Translations under genes and position numbers: made by a program | Source of the DNA: an uncultured Staphylococcaceae bacterium | GTDB taxonomy: Bacteria > Bacillota_I > Bacilli_A > RFN20 > CAG-826 | DNA: 64,000 bases | Assembly: GCA_964371305.1 (NCBI GenBank) | Contig: CAYJLA010000002.1 | Coordinates: 6,236-70,235, forward strand | Direction of reading: 5' to 3' | Part shown: positions 19,628 to 29,255 of the stretch, in pieces | Position numbering within the stretch: the first letter of the stretch is position 1 | How the letters are laid out: each line of letters opens with the position of its first letter | Notes under the pieces: model-generated | The model's database searches: none | Told to the model about the DNA's origin: nothing | Seen by the model: only the letters and a program-made list of their open reading frames with translations

Positions 19628-20035
19628 ATGAAGACATATATTATAACAGCAAGCTTAATAGTGTTCTCGTGTGTTCTTGTCGCAGCATATTCAATTTTTA
19701 ATGTCATTTTTCCTTATTGCGAATCATTTTCTTCACCAAATGTCAGCGAAATTACAAATTACTCGATAGTGTATAGGCATGATAATCAAGAGGAAAAAGT
19801 TGAAGCAGAGATAGATTTGCTACTTGAATTTTTTGAAAAGTCAAAACCGACACGCAAAACAAGCTATAATGATTACCCAAACACTAATTCTTATTATGAA
19901 GTTAAAATTAATTTATCAACGAATATATATACATATTTTATTTATCAAAGTTACTTTAGTGTACTTTTAGAAAAACCTTATTATGGTGTATTTAGTATTT
20001 CGCGAGACGTTCTCGAACTATTAAAGCATCCCTAA
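19628..20035 (+). CDS. hypothetical membrane-anchored/secreted small protein
   Basis: 135 aa, N-terminal hydrophobic segment; no toxin-like features; no SD. Confidence 0.4.
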   Translation: MKTYIITASLIVFSCVLVAAYSIFNVIFPYCESFSSPNVSEITNYSIVYRHDNQEEKVEAEIDLLLEFFEKSKPTRKTSYNDYPNTNSYYEVKINLSTNIYTYFIYQSYFSVLLEKPYYGVFSISRDVLELLKHP

Positions 20036-20052
20036 TATTTACATAAGTATAA

Positions 20053-21218
<1,166 letters not shown>

Positions 21219-21219
<1 letters not shown>

Positions 21220-22244
21220 TGGACATTTCTTTATTTGATTTTAATCTGCCAGAAGAATTAATATCCCAAAACCCTTCTATTAAAAGAGATGAATCTAAAT
21301 TACTCATCTGCAATAAGAAAGAACAAACCTTGGAAGATAAGCGGTTTTTTAATATTATTGATTATTTAAAAAAAGGCGACATACTAGTCAGGAATAACAC
21401 AAAAGTTTTGCCTGTAAGACTTTATGGAGTGAAAAAGATTACTAATGCAAAAGTAGAAGTAGTTTTATTAAAAAACATTAAAGATGATATTTGGGAATGT
21501 TTAGTTGGTAATGCCAAAGTTGTAAAAGTAGGGGTAGAAATCTCTTTTGGTAATGATGACTTAGTGGCAAAATGTATCGAAACAAAAGACGAAGGAATAA
21601 GAATATTAGATTTTTCTTATAACGGTATATTCGTTGAAATATTAGATAAAATTGGAAATATGCCATTACCGCCTTATATAAAAGAGCAACTAGTAAGTAA
21701 TGACCGCTACCAGACTATTTATGCAAAGCATATAGGAAGTTCTGCTGCACCAACAGCTGGATTTCATTTTACTGAAGAATTAGTTAGACAACTTGAATTA
21801 ATGGGTGTAGAGATTCTGGATATAACATTACATATAGGATTAGGCACTTTTAGACCGGTAAAAGTAAATAATACAGATGATCATATTATGCATGAAGAAG
21901 AATTTGAAATGTCAGCGGAAGTAGCAACAAAACTTAACGTGGCAAAAAGCGAAGGAAGAAGAATTATTGCTGTAGGAACAACAAGTGTTAGAACCTTAGA
22001 AGCTATATATTCTAAATATGGCACTTTTATAGAAGCCAAAGAGTCAACAAGTATTTTTATCTTCCCTGGTTATACATTTAAATGCGTTGATGCCATCATT
22101 ACTAACTTTCATCTTCCAAAGTCCACACTCATTATGTTAGTTTCAGCTTTTTTAGGAAGAGAATTTGCTTTAAAAGCATATGAACATGCAATCGAGAATA
22201 AATATAAGTTTTTTTCGTTTGGAGATAGTTCGTTTTTGTATTAA
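21219..22244 (+). CDS. queA: S-adenosylmethionine:tRNA ribosyltransferase-isomerase
   Basis: MDISLFDFNLPEELISQNP N-terminus and full-length QueA pattern; start overlaps tgt stop. Confidence 0.9.
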
Positions 22245-22246
22245 TT

Positions 22247-22879
22247 ATGGAAGAAAAAATAAATTATCATAAGCAAATGCTTAAACAATTAGAAGCAATA
22301 GGGAATAGTAAACCAACAATTTTATTACATGCTTGTTGTGGTCCGTGTGGAGCATATCCAATTGTCTTATTGTCGATGTATTTTAAAGTTACAGTATATT
22401 ACAATAGTGAAAATGTGTATCCAATCGACGAATACAATAAACGCTTTTATGCACTAGAATCATTAATAAATCAATTAAATGAAGAAGGCAATGATGTTAA
22501 ACTAGTGAAAAAAGTTACATACATGTATGAAGAATATGAAAAACACTTAGATTTAGTAAATGATCACAGAGAAGGTGGTAGTAGATGTAAGTTTTGCTAT
22601 AAAAAAAGAATGGAAGAAGGGTTTCATTATGCAAGAGAGCATAATTTTGATTACTATACGACTGTAATGACCTCTTCTAGGCAGAAATCTTCTCAAGTAA
22701 TGAATGAGATAGGAAACATACTTAAAGTCCGTTATAAAGGTGTTAATTACCTTAATAGTGATTTTAAGAAAGATGATGGAATCATAAAAGGAAACGAAAT
22801 AGTTTCTAGATGTAACATATACAGACAAAATTACTGTGGTTGTAGATATTCATTACAAGATAGAAAAAACATAAACTAA
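22247..22879 (+). CDS. queH: epoxyqueuosine reductase QueH (DUF208)
   Basis: LLHACCGPC motif, 210 aa, additional Cys residues for Fe-S; adjacent to queA. Confidence 0.8.
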   Translation: MEEKINYHKQMLKQLEAIGNSKPTILLHACCGPCGAYPIVLLSMYFKVTVYYNSENVYPIDEYNKRFYALESLINQLNEEGNDVKLVKKVTYMYEEYEKHLDLVNDHREGGSRCKFCYKKRMEEGFHYAREHNFDYYTTVMTSSRQKSSQVMNEIGNILKVRYKGVNYLNSDFKKDDGIIKGNEIVSRCNIYRQNYCGCRYSLQDRKNIN

Positions 22880-22968
22880 TAATTATATTATTTTATATAA
22901 TATAGGCAAGTGTTTTTTATATAAAAAATTTGTGAAAACGTTTTCATAATAAAAATCATTTTTATGTG

Positions 22969-22997
22969 TTGATTTTATATTTTTATATGTCTAATAT
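22969..22997 (+). promoter_or_regulatory. putative sigma-A promoter TTGATT-17-TAATAT for small gene 23050..23271
   Basis: hexamers at 22969-22974 and 22992-22997. Confidence 0.4.
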
Positions 22998-23049
22998 ATG
23001 ACTGGTTAATTTAAATATTAACCTTAAAGTAAAGAAAGGAGAGAGGACA

Positions 23050-23271
23050 ATGAAGTATTATTCATTAACAGGAGTTGTTGCTGGACAAACTATTCAATTT
23101 AGAAAAAAGTTTAAAAGAAGAAATGACGCAATTAACTATATGTTTAAATATTATGGTAATCATTACTTAGGTAATTTAACTGTTGAAGATACTATTGAAA
23201 TTAAAAAGCATAACGTAGAATATGTTTGCAATCAATACAATAGATTTATTATCTCTAGATCACTAGCATAA
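23050..23271 (+). CDS. hypothetical small basic protein (73 aa)
   Basis: Strong RBS AAAGGAGAGAGG; own promoter and downstream hairpin terminator; no recognisable domain. Confidence 0.5.
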   Translation: MKYYSLTGVVAGQTIQFRKKFKRRNDAINYMFKYYGNHYLGNLTVEDTIEIKKHNVEYVCNQYNRFIISRSLA

Positions 23272-23295
23272 TATGAAACATTATAATCAGTAACC

Positions 23296-23336
23296 AAATC
23301 CCTATAGACTAAAATTTATAAGGGATTTTTTATTTG
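23296..23336 (+). terminator. putative terminator hairpin AAATCCCT/AGGGATTT + T-run
   Basis: 8-bp stem, 17-nt loop, TTTTTTATTTG tail. Confidence 0.4.
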
Positions 23337-23577
23337 TTTTAAAGCGTGTTGTTATATTTATTGAGAAAATCTTCTCGTGGATTCTATTAAATTACAAGAT
23401 TTTTCTCTTTTCTAGACTGCGATTATTATCTTTCTTATTAAATTTGACAATTTTATTTAAAAATGTTTCAATAAAATTAAATTAAAAGGTTAATATATAC
23501 ATATATATATATGTATATTAATATAAAATTGCCCTAATTACATGAACGGGATACAAATTAGTTAAGGAGAAAACTAA

Positions 23578-24372
23578 ATGAAAAAACTTATATATTTGTT
23601 GATGGTTATGGTACTAATTGGATGTACACCAGAAAATATTGGACCTGTTGAAAAAAATTTGATTATAGAAATGGTTGAAAAACAAAAGGAAAATGCGGTA
23701 GACAATACATCTTTTGGATTTACACACTTTGATTATTCTAACGTAGGGACATTTAATAATTCTCATACTGAAGTAATAACAGGAATTGACGGAACCATCA
23801 TTACAGCAAACAAAAATCAGTTATATTACTCTGAAGCTAGTCTATATAATCACGATTATAAACAGTATTTTTATGATGAAGATTCGAGTTATTTTTATAT
23901 ATTAACTGGTAATGAAGAAGATGGAACATATTCTGGCACTAAACAATTGATGAATAAAGCAAGTGCCATTAATTACGTTGATGACAATACTACCTTTAAT
24001 AACGACTATGATAAGTATATAAGCTCCTTTGATTTTATACTTAATATACTAGATACTTATGATGCATATTTTTATAGTGAAAATGGCCGCCTTGGTTTAG
24101 ATGAAGTAAATATAAGTAAAGAATTTGACTTAGTTATTAACCGTCAAAATGAAATTTCATATATTATTCGCTTTAGTAATGAACAAGTCATAAACGTTAT
24201 GAGTTATATGTTGGATGAAAATGATAAAAGAAATAATACAATTTTTTCAAACGAAATAAATGAATGCATCCGTTTTTCGTATATGAACTTAAATGCAGAC
24301 TTTAAAAACATTCTTCAAACCGATCCTAGTGAACTACTTAAATACAACATAACCGATATTACTGTAGAATAA
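23578..24372 (+). CDS. hypothetical lipoprotein
   Basis: AAGGAG RBS; MKKLIYLLMVMVLIGCT lipobox. Confidence 0.65.
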   Translation: MKKLIYLLMVMVLIGCTPENIGPVEKNLIIEMVEKQKENAVDNTSFGFTHFDYSNVGTFNNSHTEVITGIDGTIITANKNQLYYSEASLYNHDYKQYFYDEDSSYFYILTGNEEDGTYSGTKQLMNKASAINYVDDNTTFNNDYDKYISSFDFILNILDTYDAYFYSENGRLGLDEVNISKEFDLVINRQNEISYIIRFSNEQVINVMSYMLDENDKRNNTIFSNEINECIRFSYMNLNADFKNILQTDPSELLKYNITDITVE

Positions 24373-24405
24373 AAAAATCGCAAGAATTATATCTTACGAT
24401 TTTTG
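24371..24405. terminator. bidirectional terminator between convergent lipoprotein genes
   Basis: A7-ATCGCAAGA-loop-TCTTACGAT-T5; one C:A mismatch in stem. Confidence 0.45.
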
Positions 24406-24434
24406 TAGCAAGTAATTAGACAAATACTATTAAA

Positions 24435-26270
24435 CTAAGCCACACCAAGAACAATAGGGGTGTTGTTTGTTGGAATGTTTTCAGGTATATGTTCTCCTGT
24501 ATTTTCTGTATATAGAAACGTTTTTACATCTTGAATACTTGAGTGTATATTTTCGATATAAGAATGGTATTGAATGCCAACATTATCATCTTTAACAATC
24601 ATTTCTATGGTATTAGTAAAACCTATGGTTGGGCTCCCCCCCTTTTGACTAATAGAATATAATTCTTTAGTTCCAAATACATGATTACTAATGCCGCTTA
24701 AAAAATATGAAGCATTAGCTAATTCAACACTTATGTTAGTTGTAGTTGTTGTATCATTGTTGTCAATCATGATATTTACTTCAACTTGTTCACCTCCATC
24801 AATAAAATTAACAGTTGATTGAAACAAACCATCACCAAACCCAGCAATTTCTATGCTTTCAATCTCTTCAACTGAAAATATGTTGTTGCTATAAGTTATA
24901 TTGTTATATATAGTGTTAAATGCATCCGTTTCTGTTTTATACAACAATTCTTGAGTCATTATAAGTGCATCGTGTATATAACCGCTAGTAGTGAAGTCTC
25001 CTCCTATATCATAGAAATGATTAGTAAAATCAATTATTTCTGTATTTTGCTGCATTAAATATGTGTATAAACTTGAATCATTAGTAATTTCTGTAACACT
25101 TTCTGCGTTAGCGTCGTACAATGGTAAATCGTCGCTATCTGCTGGCGGAGTAAGCATAGTAATAAGTTTTTCTATTGCAATATACGAGTTGTGGACAGTT
25201 TCGTATTCGTCAACAGGTCCTTCATCGTCAGTTACACTAGGTATTGGTATTTGACTAACACTGCCTTCATTTCCAAAACCACCTGTAATTGGTATGCTCG
25301 AAAGTGATACAAATTCATCAGTGTCAAATTCGATATTCAATGCTTCATTATATGTTGTTAAAGGTCCGTTTTCCTCAACTAGTTTGTCATACCTTTCTTC
25401 ATTAGTTGTTTTAAGTTTGTCTTTTAATAAAGCGGCACCTGCAAGCATTTCATCATCAGAGGTATTTCCGTCTCTATTTGTAAATTCTTCATCATGTATT
25501 TTGCCATCAGAGAAAACCTCCGCATAAAATGAGTCAAAACCATCTTTTTCCGAATATGTAAATAGTACATTTTTCATAGTAGCAACATTAAAGTATAAGT
25601 GCTGAACTGATTTCTCTTCATTTGTATTAGTTTCTAAAGTATAAGAGAAACCATAGTTAGTTGTAGAATAATCAAATACTTCAAAATAGATATTAACTGT
25701 ACCCTCTAAATCATCTGCAATAGGAACATTCATGGATTCCAAAAACTCTCTTTGATCATAAGTTGTGTGCGAAGTTAGCAAATCTTCACCGTCAAACCCA
25801 GTAATAGTGAAGTTTGTAAGTATGTTTTTAAACGCTGTGAGTAATCCATTAGCATTTACGTTTGATGAAGCAGTAACAGTAGAATTAATGTTATCAAATG
25901 AATAGCTAAATGCTTCATCACCCAATTGTCTCAGAGTTTCTTGCGTTGCTTTTGCAACAACATAATAGACAGAAAGGTACCCCTGATATAACACCTGAGC
26001 ACCACTGCTATCATAAAATTCTCCATTTTCGTACATGTAGTCCATGAATGATGAAACACTATCGAATATGTTATCAACATTCTTCTTTGTGTCAATTGCA
26101 TTTGAACGTCTTGTCTTGGTTGCATTTTCATGGTTTTTAGTAAGTGCAGTGTTTGTTTTGTCGATCATTGCGATACCACGTTGAGCATCTGTTTGCGTAG
26201 GATTGCACGATGCCAGTACAGTAAGAGATAATGCCGCTAATGCAAGCGATGTATAAATTCTTTTTTTCAT
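24435..26270 (-). CDS. large hypothetical lipoprotein (611 aa)
   Basis: MKKRIYTSLALAALSLTVLASCN lipobox; Asn/Thr/Asp-rich mature protein. Confidence 0.65.
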   Translation of the reverse strand: MKKRIYTSLALAALSLTVLASCNPTQTDAQRGIAMIDKTNTALTKNHENATKTRRSNAIDTKKNVDNIFDSVSSFMDYMYENGEFYDSSGAQVLYQGYLSVYYVVAKATQETLRQLGDEAFSYSFDNINSTVTASSNVNANGLLTAFKNILTNFTITGFDGEDLLTSHTTYDQREFLESMNVPIADDLEGTVNIYFEVFDYSTTNYGFSYTLETNTNEEKSVQHLYFNVATMKNVLFTYSEKDGFDSFYAEVFSDGKIHDEEFTNRDGNTSDDEMLAGAALLKDKLKTTNEERYDKLVEENGPLTTYNEALNIEFDTDEFVSLSSIPITGGFGNEGSVSQIPIPSVTDDEGPVDEYETVHNSYIAIEKLITMLTPPADSDDLPLYDANAESVTEITNDSSLYTYLMQQNTEIIDFTNHFYDIGGDFTTSGYIHDALIMTQELLYKTETDAFNTIYNNITYSNNIFSVEEIESIEIAGFGDGLFQSTVNFIDGGEQVEVNIMIDNNDTTTTTNISVELANASYFLSGISNHVFGTKELYSISQKGGSPTIGFTNTIEMIVKDDNVGIQYHSYIENIHSSIQDVKTFLYTENTGEHIPENIPTNNTPIVLGVA

Positions 26271-26538
26271 TAAGTAGTTCTCCTTAATTTAATAATCGAT
26301 TTAATTATATATTAACTAATTACTTTTTACAACGAATAGTACCATGATTGCGAGTAACTATGAATTTAACTTCCATTAGTTGTGGAATGTACAACATTAA
26401 CAAATGGATAGAAGTTGTTTATGCAATTTGTAGATAATTTATAGATATATATTAATTTATAAAGACAATTAAGCATCATGAATTGCGTGTGTATTCCTTT
26501 TAGACTATAATTTTCTTAAGAAAGAAACGAATTTACTT

Positions 26539-27480
26539 ATGAAAAAAATTGTTGTGTTTGGATCATTTATTTATGACTTAGTTACTAGTATGAATCGTTT
26601 TCCAAAAGCTGGAGAATCCGTAATTGGAACGACATTTGAGTCTTTTCCTGGGGGGAAAGGTGCTAACCAGTGCATTGCAGTAAAAAGACTCGGTGGCAAC
26701 GTAGAAATGATTGGTAAAGTTGGAAACGATGAATATGGCAAAAAGTTTATTAATATATTTAAAGAAGAAGGTATTGATGTATCTTCAATAGAAGTTTCCC
26801 AAACAAAGTCTACAGGAGTTGGAAACATCCAATTAAATAAAAAAGGACAAAATAGAATATGCGTTATTTTAGGCGCTAACTTAGATTTCGATTCCGACAA
26901 TTTAGAAAAAAACAAGAAGATTATTGAGAATGCTGATTATTTCTTAACACAGTTTGAAATGGATATTGAAATAACAAATTGCGCAATTAAATATGCAAAA
27001 GAAAAAGGGTTAGTAGTAGTTGTTAATCCTGCACCAGCTAGAGAAATAGATGATGAAATAGTTCACTTAATTGACTATTTAACACCAAATGAAACTGAAT
27101 TGGAGTTCCTTTCTGGTATTAAAATCAATTCAATCGAAGACGCTGTGAATGGGTGCAATGTATTAATAAAAAAAGGTGTGAAGAATTTAGTAGTTACACT
27201 CGATAGCAAAGGATGTCTTTATGTTTCAAAAGAGAAATCATTTTTAGTTCCTGGATATAAAGTTGATAGAATAGATTCAGTAGGTGCAGGAGATTCTTTT
27301 AATGGCGCATTAGTTGTATCTCTAGCAAATGGAAAGAATATTGAAGAGTCTCTTAAGTTTGCAAATGCAATGGGGGCACTTACAGTAACTCAAAAAGGCG
27401 CAATACCATCATTGCAAAAAATTGATGTAGTTAATGAGTTTGTTTGCAATAATAAAAATCTAGAAATTAAATATTTATAA
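26539..27480 (+). CDS. rbsK: ribokinase (PfkB family sugar kinase)
   Basis: GGKGANQ and VGAGDSF motifs, 313 aa. Confidence 0.8.
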   Translation: MKKIVVFGSFIYDLVTSMNRFPKAGESVIGTTFESFPGGKGANQCIAVKRLGGNVEMIGKVGNDEYGKKFINIFKEEGIDVSSIEVSQTKSTGVGNIQLNKKGQNRICVILGANLDFDSDNLEKNKKIIENADYFLTQFEMDIEITNCAIKYAKEKGLVVVVNPAPAREIDDEIVHLIDYLTPNETELEFLSGIKINSIEDAVNGCNVLIKKGVKNLVVTLDSKGCLYVSKEKSFLVPGYKVDRIDSVGAGDSFNGALVVSLANGKNIEESLKFANAMGALTVTQKGAIPSLQKIDVVNEFVCNNKNLEIKYL

Positions 27481-27508
27481 AGAATTTTTGTAAATATATT
27501 TTCCGTTA

Positions 27509-27545
27509 TAGTTTTGTCTACCTTTATAGCAGTTTTGTCATATTT
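27509..27545 (+). promoter_or_regulatory. direct-repeat cis-element copy 1 (tAGTTTTGTC-N12-gcAGTTTTGTC), candidate response-regulator operator
   Basis: Near-identical copy at 53768..53804; related copies at 34440..34473, 44139..44154, 29141..29175, 26413..26444. Confidence 0.5.
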
Positions 27546-27610
27546 TTTTATGCAAATGCTACCAATATAATAAACATATAAGCGTTTACATGCAAAAATA
27601 AGGAGAAAAT

Positions 27611-29095
27611 ATGAAGAAAACAAAACTATTAGTTTGTAGTGCTTTAGTTGCATTACTCGGCGTCACAGTTTTTTCAAGCAGTGTTACAAATAAGAACGTT
27701 ATTGGAACGCATGCTGCTGTTAATTCATCATTTGTAGAAGGTGAAGATAGAAAATTAGATAGCTTAACAGGAAGAGAAAATTTAATTGATGAAACTTTAT
27801 TTGATTACCAAGCAATTGAAGGTGCACACACATGGCAAAATAAAGATGTATTGAGAGTCAATATGAGCAATATTGCAGCAACTCAAAGAATTTATGGTGT
27901 AGCACCTAAATTAAATAGAGTAGGTAGATTAGGTGTGCTTGCCATAGAACTCAAGAGTTCAAATGGAGTAACTTTGTCTGATTTAAATATTAAATACAAT
28001 CGTGGAACATCACCAACTTCATATACTAATGTTACATTAAATTTTGCAGATGCAGTTGATGGTAATGGTAATCCATTGCCTGAAATAACAAATCAATGGC
28101 AAACAATATATATCGATGCAGTTGATTCATTAGATGAAAGTTATTCTGACATTGCTTCATTCATTGGCGATGGAGGTGGTGGATACAGTGATTTCAGTAT
28201 TCTACCAACTCAAGGTACAACTGGAAATCTAGACATCAATTACATTTGGTATGAAATAGAACAAGGATTGGGTTATTACAGCACCGGTGATGTTTATCAA
28301 ATTGACAACTTTGATGGTAGAACAAGTGTTAGTGATGCAACAGGATCAAATGTTTATTGGAGAGATTCATGGGCTGGCGGTACTATCGCTCCTAATAGAG
28401 TTATTTTATACAATACATCTTACTCAGTAGCTTCTCTTACTAATGGTAACGCTGACAATAAATATGGTAACTTAGCAATTAATGCATTTATTGGTAGTAT
28501 TTCAGAAGTAACGCCAATTTATACAACAAACAATGTAGATTTCTTTGAAGGTACTGCTGTTGCGTGGGCTAATTTAAGAGATCATAATAATGTGGAATTA
28601 GGAAGTATTTCTACTTCAGGTTTTGCGACCAAAGTTATTAATTTTGCAAATAGTGGCATTGAATATAGTAATATGGTCGGCATAAAAATTACTGGTTCTA
28701 GCGGTGTAGCAATTAATGAAATTTATTTTACTGGAGAAAACACTGCGGCTAAAGGAATTAATGATTTAGTTGATTATTTATTGCTTGAAGACACAGATGG
28801 CCAATGTAACACAAAGTTCAATACAGCTAAAACAATGTACTTAGGATTAAGTGAAACCGATAAAACTACATTTACAACTGGAACTGATAGAATTGCAGAA
28901 GCCAGAGTTCGTTATGAAGCTTGGGCAACTCATTTAGGACAAAGTGCATACGATGCATCTGAAGTCTTATTAGGTGCACAAGGTGAAATGAATACTAATA
29001 ACATAATTGCGGCTATTTCAATAATTAGTTTGGTAGGTACTTCAAGCATAATATTATTTGTATTCTTGAATAAAAGAAAAACTGTAAAAAGATAA
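27611..29095 (+). CDS. secreted surface protein, paralogue family A, C-terminal TM anchor + KRKTVKR tail
   Basis: Sec signal peptide; shares EDRKLD, APKLN..G..GVL.I.L.S and IDNFDGRTSVS blocks with 29256..31226; C-terminal hydrophobic helix plus basic tail. Confidence 0.6.
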   Translation: MKKTKLLVCSALVALLGVTVFSSSVTNKNVIGTHAAVNSSFVEGEDRKLDSLTGRENLIDETLFDYQAIEGAHTWQNKDVLRVNMSNIAATQRIYGVAPKLNRVGRLGVLAIELKSSNGVTLSDLNIKYNRGTSPTSYTNVTLNFADAVDGNGNPLPEITNQWQTIYIDAVDSLDESYSDIASFIGDGGGGYSDFSILPTQGTTGNLDINYIWYEIEQGLGYYSTGDVYQIDNFDGRTSVSDATGSNVYWRDSWAGGTIAPNRVILYNTSYSVASLTNGNADNKYGNLAINAFIGSISEVTPIYTTNNVDFFEGTAVAWANLRDHNNVELGSISTSGFATKVINFANSGIEYSNMVGIKITGSSGVAINEIYFTGENTAAKGINDLVDYLLLEDTDGQCNTKFNTAKTMYLGLSETDKTTFTTGTDRIAEARVRYEAWATHLGQSAYDASEVLLGAQGEMNTNNIIAAISIISLVGTSSIILFVFLNKRKTVKR

Positions 29096-29103
29096 AATAG
29101 TTC

Positions 29104-29131
29104 AAAGGGCCGATTAGTTTCGGCCCTTTTT
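29104..29131 (+). terminator. rho-independent terminator GGGCCG-loop-CGGCCC + T5
   Basis: GC-rich 6-bp stem 29107-29112/29121-29126. Confidence 0.7.
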
Positions 29132-29255
29132 ATATTAATTTGCAGTTTATTATGCTATTAATGCAGTTTTATGCCATTTATACAAAAGGAAAAGATTGAT
29201 ACAATTTTATTATCGAACAATAGATAATGTTTTAAAATATAAAGGAAGGTAAAAT

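Noticed and set aside
22925-22950. Palindromes GAAAACGTTTTC and TTTTTTATATAAAAAA after queH as terminator
   Set aside because: Loop-less AT palindromes without a GC stem or trailing T-run; unlikely intrinsic terminators.
24435-26270. Short ORFs 25063..25254, 25294..25527 (+) and 25931..26131 (-) within the large lipoprotein gene
   Set aside because: Shadow frames of the 611-aa lipoprotein CDS; Ser-rich low-complexity translations.
27611-27660. Cys at residue 9 of the 27611 protein (KLLVCSALV) as lipobox
   Set aside because: Positions -3 to -1 (L-L-V) do not fit L-[ASTVI]-[GAS]-C; more consistent with a type I signal peptide.
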